Below, one piece after another: positions 1 through 11,239 of a DNA stretch of 64,000 nucleotides. Numbering within the stretch: position 1 is the stretch's first letter; each line of letters begins with the position of its first letter. The notes under the pieces are model-generated. The model saw only the letters and a program-made list of their open reading frames with translations, searched no databases and was not told the origin of the DNA. The DNA is from Octopus bimaculoides (taxonomy: Eukaryota), in assembly GCF_001194135.2 (NCBI RefSeq), contig NC_068993.1, positions 42,895,915 through 42,959,914 of the forward strand, in the 5' to 3' direction. The translations under genes and the position numbers were made by a program.

Positions 1-4
1 TATA

Positions 5-200
5 TAGTTGGAATTTACAAGAAACAAGAGACGAAGAAAGATGTGTCAACAACAGACAGGTGTATTAGTTTAACGCTCGGGAATGTGAGAAAGTCGTTTA
101 CGTTTCGAGCCCACGCTCTTCAACAGAAAGGAACACGAGAAAATAAACAAAGAGAATAAAAAAAGAAAGCTCTAGTAGCTAGCAGTCAATCATGTCGATG
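5..200 (-). mobile_element. Penelope-like element terminal (pLTR) fragment with hammerhead-like motif; second copy at 45472-45668
   Basis: About 190 bp clearly homologous to 45472-45668 (atagttg.aatttaca...acgtttcgagcc.acgctcttcaacagaaaggaacacgagaaaataaaca). The minus strand carries CTGTTGA-a-GAGC-gtgg-GCTC-GAAA-CGTA, the layout typical of PLE terminal repeats. Confidence 0.55.
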
Positions 201-321
201 GCCGGACATACACACACCAATGCACACACATTTCAGTCTCTCATACACACATGTATATTATATGTAACCGAATTTATAGTATGTGTATATGCATGACCTC
301 AGTCATGTTCTAACTATATGA

Positions 322-618
322 ACACTTTTGTTGTTGTTGGCACTCCGTCGCTTACGACGTCGAGGGTTCCAGTTGATCCGATCAATGGAACAGCCTGCTC
401 GTGAAATTAACGTGCAAGTGGTTGAGCACTCCACAGACACGTGTACGCTTAACGTAGTTCTCGGGGATATTCAGCGTGACACAGAGTGTGACAAGGCTGA
501 CCCTTTGAATTAGAGGCACAACAGAAACAGGAAGTAAGATTGAGAGAAAGTTGTGGTGAAAGAGTACATCAGGGTTCGCCACCATCCCCTGCCGGAGCCT
601 CGTGGAGCTTTAGGTGTT
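322..618 (-). mobile_element. tRNA-derived SINE (family C) body and (CAA)n tail; head lost in gap
   Basis: Near-identical to 16266-16530, whose tRNA-like head is visible. Confidence 0.8.
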
Positions 619-1282
619 NNNNNNNNNNNNNNNNNNNNNNNNNNNNNNNNNNNNNNNNNNNNNNNNNNNNNNNNNNNNNNNNNNNNNNNNNNNNNNNNNN
701 NNNNNNNNNNNNNNNNNNNNNNNNNNNNNNNNNNNNNNNNNNNNNNNNNNNNNNNNNNNNNNNNNNNNNNNNNNNNNNNNNNNNNNNNNNNNNNNNNNNN
801 NNNNNNNNNNNNNNNNNNNNNNNNNNNNNNNNNNNNNNNNNNNNNNNNNNNNNNNNNNNNNNNNNNNNNNNNNNNNNNNNNNNNNNNNNNNNNNNNNNNN
901 NNNNNNNNNNNNNNNNNNNNNNNNNNNNNNNNNNNNNNNNNNNNNNNNNNNNNNNNNNNNNNNNNNNNNNNNNNNNNNNNNNNNNNNNNNNNNNNNNNNN
1001 NNNNNNNNNNNNNNNNNNNNNNNNNNNNNNNNNNNNNNNNNNNNNNNNNNNNNNNNNNNNNNNNNNNNNNNNNNNNNNNNNNNNNNNNNNNNNNNNNNNN
1101 NNNNNNNNNNNNNNNNNNNNNNNNNNNNNNNNNNNNNNNNNNNNNNNNNNNNNNNNNNNNNNNNNNNNNNNNNNNNNNNNNNNNNNNNNNNNNNNNNNNN
1201 NNNNNNNNNNNNNNNNNNNNNNNNNNNNNNNNNNNNNNNNNNNNNNNNNNNNNNNNNNNNNNNNNNNNNNNNNNNNNNNNNN

Positions 1283-1289
1283 GGTGGTG

Positions 1290-1333
<44 letters not shown>

Positions 1334-1680
1334 AATGGTGGTGGCGATGGCGATGACTGGAGATGGTTGTGGTGGTAGCAGTTGTGGTGGTGGTGTTGGT
1401 CGTCGTCGTCATTGTCCTTGTGGTCGTAGTCGTAGTCATAGTTTATGGTGGTGGTGTTAACCGTGTATATTTATCGTGGTGGTGGTGGTATAGTGGTGTT
1501 GGTGGTGATGTTCGTCGTCGTCGCCGTGATGGAGGTTGTGATAGTCGTTGAGGTATCTTGCTCGTGATGGTGTTGATGGTGGCCAAGTTCGTGGTTTTGG
1601 TGCCGCGTTTGGTGGTGGTGATGATGTCGATGGTAGTGACGGTGGTGAAGGTGGTCATAGTGAATCTCCGTCGTTCGACG
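1283..1680. repeat. (GTC)n/(GGT)n trinucleotide low-complexity tract
   Basis: Directly visible. Confidence 0.95.
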
Positions 1681-1813
1681 AGGATTTATGTATTCAGTCA
1701 ACTGAAACCAGATCCAGTCCAATAAGAATAGATATATGTATGTATATGTGCCCATCGATGCGTGTGCATGCATATAAATGTGTGCTTGTATATATATGTT
1801 TGTATGGATACTC

Positions 1814-1846
<33 letters not shown>

Positions 1847-2613
1847 CACCCAGAACCACACTAATAGCTTTTGAATGAAAATAGCCCATCTGGACATTCT
1901 CTTTTTCAGAAAATGAAGGGTAACGATACATGTTAAGCATACATTGAGTATTTAACAGAAAACCATAATAATATAACATTTATTGACATAATGAAATATT
2001 TAGCCATAGGTCCGTCAATGCTTGCTCTGGTTTCGTCAGTGAACAGGACACAACTCATGTCAACATCATGTACTTTTGGGTCCATTGAAGTCTCAAACTC
2101 CTGTGAGGAGGCAGTTTGAGGGGTTCTCGCGCGGAAGCCATACTCCCGAGGATGCAATTTCTGAATATCAGGAAGTATGGAGGTGGTGAAAATGGCTTTG
2201 CTTGTTTTTCCAGATTTCTCCTATAATTTGCTATCAATATTTCTTAAATTCCTAGCTGTCACAGTCTTGGAGGTCCCACAATCGAATCGTTTCTTCCTTG
2301 GCGAAGGAATCGTCTAACCACGTCCGCATGGCGACTTAAATTCTCCGCAATGACATGAAGAGAGGTGCCTTTAGCACTTTTCTTGATGTTGACAGACGTT
2401 TCATCATCGTTAAGGCCTTTTCACGTTCCGTTGTTATTAGAGTGAGGGGATGCTATTTATGTGGTTCAAGCAATAACTGAAGAATCTAAGATAAAAAAGA
2501 AAGGGCGTTAAACAGAACAATGAAAACATAAGAATCATGTGTAGCCATAGTGTGGAAATCAGCTAGGAAAAGTTATATAAAAATCTCTTAAGCTATTAGC
2601 GTAGTTCTGGGTG
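1847..2613 (-). mobile_element. Internally deleted Tc1-superfamily DNA transposon with both TIRs and TA target duplication
   Basis: 24-bp TIRs CACCCAGAACCACACTAATAGCTT (1847-1870) and AAGCTATTAGCGTAGTTCTGGGTG (2590-2613), 2 mismatches, TA on both sides. Minus strand encodes broken transposase pieces (LNDDETSVNIKKSAKGTSLHVIAENLSRHADVVRRFL; VDMSCVLFTDETRASIDGP, the first catalytic Asp motif). Confidence 0.9.
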
Positions 2614-2619
2614 TATACA

Positions 2620-2625
2620 TACATT

Positions 2626-2697
<72 letters not shown>

Positions 2698-2898
2698 TGT
2701 ATGTGTGTGTGTATCATGTATGTATGTATGCGTATACACACAAACACATACATGCATGCATACATACTTGCATATGTGCATGTGTGTATGTGTGTATAAA
2801 TGCAAGCATACATATACATACATGCATGCATGCATAAATACATACATACACACATACATACAAAGATATTGGCATACATACATACATACGTACTACAT

Positions 2899-2955
<57 letters not shown>

Positions 2956-3015
2956 NNNNNNNNNNNNNNNNNNNNNNNNNNNNNNNNNNNNNNNNNNNNN
3001 NNNNNNNNNNNNNNN

Positions 3016-3071
<56 letters not shown>

Positions 3072-3168
3072 TATATATATGCAGACACACACTAACACCT
3101 ATGTATGCATATATATATAGATATGTAGACAGAGAGAGATAAATAGACAGACAGACAGAGAGACAGAC

Positions 3169-3235
<67 letters not shown>

Positions 3236-3480
3236 ATGATGTAAATAGACATGCGTATACTCGTGTGTGAATACGCATATATACTATATATATATATATA
3301 CGCATATACACATTTTTATACATATATAGTCATATGTATATGTAAAAAAGATACATTTATGTATATATAATATAATATATGTATATATAATAAAGATACA
3401 TATACATATATACATACATATATAAGTAAAACTATATATAAGTATATATACATGAGTGTGTGCGTGTACTTGTGTATTTG
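2620..3480. repeat. Compound microsatellite field (GT)n, (TACA)n, (TA)n, (GATA)n with gap 2957-3015
   Basis: Directly visible. Confidence 0.95.
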
Positions 3481-3679
3481 CGTGTTTCCAGATTTGATAT
3501 AAGAAAAAACAACAAAAAGAATCCAATACATGTCTATTGGGTTCTGAAGATTCGTTTCCAATTTCTTATACAGCTTATCAGATCGTTTGATACACGCCTC
3601 GCAGGATAATATCGGGTCTGGTGTTACTTTTGATACTATTGACTGGTATGAATTAGAGTTATTATTATTAACAATAATA

Positions 3680-3889
3680 TTCCTTTCTACTACAAGCACA
3701 ATGCCTGAAATTTGTCGGAAGGGAGCTAGTCAATAACATCGACCCCAAAGTTCAACTGGTACTTATTTAATCGACCATGAAAGGATGAAAGGCACAGTCA
3801 ACCACTGCAGAATTTGAACTCAGAACGTAAATGAAATGTCGCTAAGCATTTTACGCAGCATTCTAACGATTCTACCAGCTCACCGCCTT
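3680..3889 (-). mobile_element. SINE family A (head aaggcggcgagctggcagaa, core gagttcaaattccgccgaggtcgactttgcctttcatcc)
   Basis: Reverse complement matches the many + copies; A-box-like TGGCAGAATCG and B-box-like GAGTTCAAATTC. Confidence 0.85.
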
Positions 3890-3898
3890 ATATGATAA

Positions 3899-4116
3899 TA
3901 ATCCTTTCCACTATAGGCGCAAGGCCTGAAATTTGGGGTCAGAGGACTAGTGGATTACATCGACCCTAGAACTCAACTGGTATTCATTTTATCGACCCGA
4001 AAGGATGAAAGACCAAGTCGACCCCGGCGGAGTTTGAACTCAGAATGTTAAGACGGACGAAATGCCGCTAAGCATTTTACCCAGCGTGCTAACGATTCTG
4101 TCACATCACCACCTTA
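3899..4116 (-). mobile_element. SINE family A, tandem to previous copy
   Basis: Same core, head-to-tail with 3680-3889. Confidence 0.85.
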
Positions 4117-4879
4117 TTAACAATAATAATAATAACAATATATTTGTGCGTATGTGTGTGTAATACACACGCACACATACATACATACATTCATACACAC
4201 ATACATACATACATACATACATACATACATACATACATACATACATGCATACATACATACATACATACATACATAAACACACACTCGTAGTCACATAATA
4301 TGTCGCTGTATTTGAAATCAAATCTTCGACTTCGGATTCAATATTACAAATCTCTGAACAACGACACCGCTATGTGTTTTTACAGAGACAGCTTTACAAT
4401 TAAAATATGGGTTTACCATTAAAAGCCGGGGGTCTTTCGTTTGCTTTTTAACGCATGATAACATCTGATCTTGAAAACAACTAATGTATTGAATGTTGAC
4501 ATAAGAAAAACCTGACAGATTCCTTTCTTCATAAATTTATATAAGATAGCATCTTCCTTAAGCTAGCTTGACCCAGCACCTGAGTAAACGGCACAAGCCT
4601 GTGAGATCCCTCCACATAGTGAAAATGGGATACGAAATTTCCCGCTTGGTAGACATTCTTATGTCTAAACACGAATCTTTCAAACCTGTCCGTGTACAAC
4701 TGTCCTAGTTGTATGTTTGCCTATTACTGTGTATAGAGGATTCGACCATTCACCACGCCATTATGTACACAAGCTGTGTACATTTAGCAAATAGGACGAG
4801 ATCAGACATTGCTCATACCGTACTGATTCACAACCATTTTATCGTCCTATTCTGTACTTAATAGTTTTACATATATAAA

Positions 4880-5000
4880 GATACTAGCGAAGACGCATGG
4901 CTTAGTGGTTAGAGTGTTTGGCTTACGACCATACAGCCATGGTTTCAATTCCAGGTTGGTCAAGTTTAATCTGTCTTTTAAGCAAAGCACTTAATTTCCT
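4880..5000 (+). mobile_element. tRNA-derived SINE head, degenerate
   Basis: A box TGGCTTAGTGG and B-box-like GGTTTCAATTCC about 30 bp apart; no full cloverleaf. Confidence 0.65.
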
Positions 5001-5282
5001 ATTGATACAGTTTAATATGCTAAGATGAATACTAGACATGTGCTGGGGCAGTCTTCTTTCTACCATCACATTGACGATAACGCCGTACTTTCATTTTCTT
5101 CGGCGCATTGTATTCTTGAACAAGGCACGTCATGTCATACTCCTACACCTAGTCTACTCATATACGATGGGGACCAACGGTTTATTCATTTATGATACTT
5201 ACCAGCCAGGCGTTGGTGTAGCCCTCCTACTCTCAAGCTGTCACATTCTCGATTTTTCACCAGTCAAGGGTGATGCATAGAT

Positions 5283-5466
5283 ACCTAAAGCAACAACAAA
5301 TTTTGGTACAAACCCAGTACTCAATTAATATGTATTTTATCGACACCGAAAGAATGAAAGAGGCAAAGTGAACACCTGCCGAATTTAAACTCAGAACTTG
5401 AAGACGGACGAAATACCGCTAAGCGTTTTACTCAGCGTACTAAAGCTTCTGCCAGCTCACTACCTT
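5283..5466 (-). mobile_element. SINE family A
   Basis: Core match on minus strand. Confidence 0.8.
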
Positions 5467-5530
5467 AAAACATGTGACATTACCAAACCATACTCGCTCG
5501 CGAGTGAGGATTAGCTATATTACTGTATAC

Positions 5531-6015
<485 letters not shown>

Positions 6016-6529
6016 ATACTTTATAAAAACCCAGCATCTAAAATAATTGCGGTAATTACGATAAAACTGTCAAGAATTATAAACAAATTTCAATTTCTTT
6101 CATCAAATATTTTTCATTATTGCTTCTATTCTTCTCGTTTAATACAAAATTAACAAGTTTTTCTTCTACCTCAACAGTTTAATACAATATTTTAATGTCC
6201 GCCCTTTGAATGTAAATACAAATCTTTCTGCATGTAATATATTGTACGCTTGGCGTATTATATATCGTGCACGCCTGCACAATCAGAAACAATCAGAGTT
6301 GTTTTGTTATATGTAACGCTTTATGAGATGTTACTCATTAATATATTTACTGACTTGGAGATATACAATGATATATGAATGGGGATGTATAAATATATGA
6401 ATAAGTTGAAGGCAGCACCAGCAAGGTCTTGGATGCGATAGCAAAAATAAGAAAAAATAGGCGCTGATAGGCACACACACAGAACACACGCTAGCACATA
6501 CATACGTACATACACACACTCACACACAC

Positions 6530-6577
<48 letters not shown>

Positions 6578-7439
6578 NNNNNNNNNNNNNNNNNNNNNNN
6601 NNNNNNNNNNNNNNNNNNNNNNNNNNNNNNNNNNNNNNNNNNNNNNNNNNNNNNNNNNNNNNNNNNNNNNNNNNNNNNNNNNNNNNNNNNNNNNNNNNNN
6701 NNNNNNNNNNNNNNNNNNNNNNNNNNNNNNNNNNNNNNNNNNNNNNNNNNNNNNNNNNNNNNNNNNNNNNNNNNNNNNNNNNNNNNNNNNNNNNNNNNNN
6801 NNNNNNNNNNNNNNNNNNNNNNNNNNNNNNNNNNNNNNNNNNNNNNNNNNNNNNNNNNNNNNNNNNNNNNNNNNNNNNNNNNNNNNNNNNNNNNNNNNNN
6901 NNNNNNNNNNNNNNNNNNNNNNNNNNNNNNNNNNNNNNNNNNNNNNNNNNNNNNNNNNNNNNNNNNNNNNNNNNNNNNNNNNNNNNNNNNNNNNNNNNNN
7001 NNNNNNNNNNNNNNNNNNNNNNNNNNNNNNNNNNNNNNNNNNNNNNNNNNNNNNNNNNNNNNNNNNNNNNNNNNNNNNNNNNNNNNNNNNNNNNNNNNNN
7101 NNNNNNNNNNNNNNNNNNNNNNNNNNNNNNNNNNNNNNNNNNNNNNNNNNNNNNNNNNNNNNNNNNNNNNNNNNNNNNNNNNNNNNNNNNNNNNNNNNNN
7201 NNNNNNNNNNNNNNNNNNNNNNNNNNNNNNNNNNNNNNNNNNNNNNNNNNNNNNNNNNNNNNNNNNNNNNNNNNNNNNNNNNNNNNNNNNNNNNNNNNNN
7301 NNNNNNNNNNNNNNNNNNTATATATATATACTGTTAGAATCTGAACAGCACACCACATGACGGGACTGGAGTGATGCATCTACAATTTACCAACCGACTA
7401 CATTCAGTTCGCTATCTGATTACGTAAACATGAGCAGAA

Positions 7440-7481
<42 letters not shown>

Positions 7482-7547
7482 GTTATTATTATTATTATCA
7501 TTATTCAATTTTTACAGATAATATTGTTGTATCAGTAAACTTTTTAC

Positions 7548-9587
7548 GCCAGTTCTGTGACGAGGCCGACTGGGTTCTTGCTGAGCTGAGTGGTTAGGCG
7601 GGACTTTTCCCCTTTTGGGGCGAATTTTCAATTTAAATTCTCCATTTTTTCATTTTTCAATTTGAAAATTACAAAAAATGTCCTTGGAGAAGAGTGTCAG
7701 CTCTTTCTTTCTTTTGGATTTCCCCACCTCTGCTGTCGGAAAACAGCCAAAAATGTTTGAAAATTAATTGTCTCCGCCCACTCCGTGCCATAAAAGGCAG
7801 AGGGAGGAACGATTAAAGTCTTGCTAGCATGTGCAATGCTGAGCAACAAAAAGAAAAAGAGGAAGAAAAACGAAAGGAAAGAAGAAGAGAAGAGCAAGGA
7901 AATTCAACTAATGAACGCTACTAATGTCGCAACACCTGTGAATCCAAAACCTCCCACTACCATCACTAATACATTGAACACTGAACAACAACAACAACAA
8001 CCCAATGCATTAAAAATACGAGGTTTTGTTTCAATGGCAAAACCTGAAAATGAATTCATTAATATTTCTGTTGAATCTCTCAAAGACTACAGAAACATTT
8101 TGAAAAGAAAAAGCGAAAGATGTGTTTCGATAAACACACCTCCAGATATTAAACACAATACAAACAAACGTACCATAGTGTGCACAACTATATCGTTATA
8201 AAAATAGACGTTTACAGACTATCACAAAGCAAGCAGTTGAAAAATGCTTGCTACCCATTTGGAAAGACGTAACATATCTATCGAGGGCTTAGAAATATGG
8301 CAGAAATGAAAACAGATTTGCTACAGAAGACGTAACGAAACAACACTCAACAGCCAAGCTGAGAAACAGTAAACTAGTTCTAGTTTCAACATACCGCCAA
8401 CACGGAGATGCATACATCTCGAAGTCATCGAAAATGGGCATCAACGCTCGCCGTTCGATTAGTCTGGATTCAGTAATGGCTATTACATCTATTCCCCGTG
8501 ACCTGAGGTCGTTGAGTAGATGACCGTGTTTCCAAGAGTACCCCAGACCACGTACATTTATGCAACCTATTTTGAGTGAGTAAGACCATTTGAGTGACTG
8601 GTAAGGAGAAAAAAGAGAGGACTACTTACCATTAGCACTCTGGGGTGGGAGCGGAGAAGATGACCCTCTCCTTAAGTGGGGTGTGGTGGTCTCCATGACC
8701 AAGAATTTATAGTGGCTCCAGGACACTATCACAACTGGCAGTAGAACGGCAGAATAATCAGTGCTGTGAGACGTGGAGTGGTGTTGCTGCTGATAAAGGA
8801 CCCGAATAAAAGGGATCAAATAGAGAATTTTAGGTCTATAACTCTGCTGAACGCAGATTGTAAGATTTTGGCCAAGGTGTTAGCCAAGAGGTTGGCGCTT
8901 GTCGTCGATAAGCTGGTCGACGATGTGCTGACATGCGCTAACCCAGAAAGATCTATCTATAACAAACACCACCTCATGTACTACCTCACGGAGAGGGTCG
9001 GGTAGGAACCTGGCATGAGTGGGGCCCTGATGAATTCGGATCTATCGAAAGCTTTTGACCGGGTTGACCATTAATACTTGGAGGCTATCCTCGTGGCGGC
9101 TGATTTGGGTCCCGTTTTCAGAGGCTGGATCACAGCAATGTACAGCGACATCTCTTTGGTGGTCAAAGTAAATGGCCACCTATCGGAATCGTTTAGTATC
9201 GCTCGTTCCGTCCGTCAAGGATGCCCACTCTCTCCCCTTATGTAAGTGCTGGCTCTCGAGCCATTACTAAAGATGTTGGATATTTCGAACAGTATCACGC
9301 ATGATTTAGGATGCGGAAGGTTCGTTTCGGCATATGCGGACGACGTAATAGTGTCGGACAACTCGGAAATCGAGGTGATCGGAACTACCTTAAAACAGTA
9401 CGAAGCGGTGACAGGAGCAAAAATTCATCAGGACAAGTCGGTGGGCCTGCAGCTCGGCATCTGGAAAGGCAAGTCCATGCCAACCGTCAGCATTGTATGG
9501 TGCTGGACAGAAGGATTGGTTAAATTGCTTGGAGTCTGGTTTGGTCCGGACCTCCAGGTGGATAAGAACTGGGAGGAAGTGATAAAC
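7548..9587 (+). mobile_element. L1/Tx1-clade non-LTR retrotransposon relic (putative 5' end and ORF1, RT part of ORF2), cut 3' by a SINE
   Basis: One frame from about 8766 to 9587 with in-frame stops reads KDPNKRDQIENFRSITLLNADCKILAKVLAKRL ... DLSKAFDRVDH ... SVRQGCPLSP ... LALEPLL ... SAYADD (9333-9344) ... LLGVWFG, the canonical L1/Tx1 RT motifs. Upstream K/E-rich ORF 7821-8201 is in the ORF1 position. Confidence 0.9.
8766..9587 (+). pseudogene. Reverse transcriptase pseudogene (L1/Tx1 ORF2)
   Basis: ORFs 8766-9005 and 9246-9668 are in the same frame, separated by stops; YADD is intact. Confidence 0.9.
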
Positions 9588-9770
9588 GGAGTATTTTGCC
9601 TGTCGCTACGTTCTAACCTCAAATTCCACCGAGGTCGACTTTGCCTTTCAACCTTTCAGGGTCCATAAATTAAGTATCAATGAAACACTGAGGTCGATGT
9701 AATCAACTAGTGTCCTCCCTCCAGATTTCAGGCCTTGTGCATTTAGAAGCAAGGACTGTTATTATTATTA
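9588..9770 (+). mobile_element. SINE family A, 5' truncated
   Basis: Core caaattccaccgaggtcgactttgcctttca; tail ends in (TAT)n. Confidence 0.85.
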
Positions 9771-10429
9771 GATACGTCTGAACGTTTGGACGAAATAAAT
9801 GCTAAGTGATATTTATTTTCGTCTACTAACGTTGTAATTTTAAATTGCCAGGGTCTAGTTTTTATTATGTCCTCCCAGAAGTCTAACAAAACTAAAAATT
9901 AATCATGTACGAAGTCAGATTCAGCAAGTCTTGCACCAACAGGCCAATAGCAGAAATCACACTTTTTTTCTATTTTTAAAAATCAAGGAATGATTTCTTC
10001 AGCGAATTCTCAAAGGAATGTCTTATTGCTTTATCTTTCCCACTCATATTATCTCCTCTTAATTTGTGGAATTTTATCAGATTTTGGTGGCATTGACTTT
10101 GGCAGCGAAATATTTGATTTATCTTTATAATTGAATATTTATCATACAGAGTTTGACATAATACTCCATCTTTTGAAGCAGTAAAATACAATACAGTCTT
10201 ACTTTTCCATCTATTCACTAGCTTCCTCGCCGGTTAACATACATTGGTCAACACAATTTTTATTTGGTATTTCAATGAGGTTTAGAAAGCACAATTGGCA
10301 ATTCTTCTACTCACACTCGTACACACACGACAGGCACACACACATACATATATCTCTGTGAATATAACCAGACATATGTATGCATATCTATGTGTGCATA
10401 CATATATATGTATGTATATACTTTTTATC

Positions 10430-10664
10430 TTTCATCTTTTACTTGTTTCAGTTATTATGACTGCGTCCATGCTGGGGTACCGCCTTGAAGAACTTTTAAT
10501 CGAATGACTAGACCCCGGTACTTATTTGTTTTTAAGGTTGGCACTTATACTATCGGTTTCTTATGACGATCTGCTATGTTACGGGAACGTAAACACACAG
10601 CACCGGTCGTCAAGCGATGGTGGAAGACAAAACACACATATATATGTGTGTGTATGTATGTATG

Positions 10665-10699
<35 letters not shown>
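10430..10699 (-). mobile_element. SINE family B 3' half running into (TA)n gap
   Basis: Tail match ttttacttgtttcagt...gactgcgtccatgctgg. Confidence 0.8.
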
Positions 10700-11208
10700 N
10701 NNNNNNNNNNNNNNNNNNNNNNNNNNNNNNNNNNNNNNNNNNNNNNNNNNNNNNNNNNNNNNNNNNNNNNNNNNNNNNNNNNNNNNNNNNNNNNNNNNNN
10801 NNNNNNNNNNNNNNNNNNNNNNNNNNNNNNNNNNNNNNNNNNNNNNNNNNNNNNNNNNNNNNNNNNNNNNNNNNNNNNNNNNNNNNNNNNNNNNNNNNNN
10901 NNNNNNNNNNNNNNNNNNNNNNNNNNNNNNNNNNNNNNNNNNNNNNNNNNNNNNNNNNNNNNNTGGGCTGAAGATTGGAATAGTGAAATTTTCATTCGCT
11001 TAACCATGAAACGATTCGTATCTAATTAACTAAAGACTTGTTTTGTTTACGCTTTTCCCTCCGGTTTTTTGTTCTATGTGTGCCATAAATATCGCCATCC
11101 GTTTAGAGAAAAAATTGTAGTTTAGAATCAGTAGTTCTTTGACTGCTATTTCTAAATTTTCAGTATGTTGGAGAAGCAACTCAATGCTAATCCCTGTATA
11201 TTTATGAT

Positions 11209-11239
<31 letters not shown>

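Noticed and set aside
510-1460. Long ORFs in the track spanning N-runs (also at 6.3-7.4, 10.5-11.0, 32.4-33.7, 41.8-42.5, 46.9-47.4, 48.3-48.9, 58.5-58.9 and 61.5-62.4 kb)
   Set aside because: Their length comes from untranslated Ns and flanking simple repeats; they are not genes.
2596-3323. ORFs rich in YI, CV, HT, LS and RE dipeptides throughout the window
   Set aside because: Translations of microsatellites.
5195-5203. ATACTTACC, the U1 snRNA 5' end
   Set aside because: Only 9 nt match and the downstream sequence is not U1. As a minus-strand donor, the upstream candidate exon has stops in all frames.
9027-9050. CTGATGA...GAAA hammerhead-like spacing
   Set aside because: Lies in RT coding sequence (ALMNSDLSKAF), with no proper stem II independent of GAAA and no stem I.
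9976-10218. Minus ORF of 80 aa in unique AT-rich DNA
   Set aside because: No recognisable motif or convincing splice signals.
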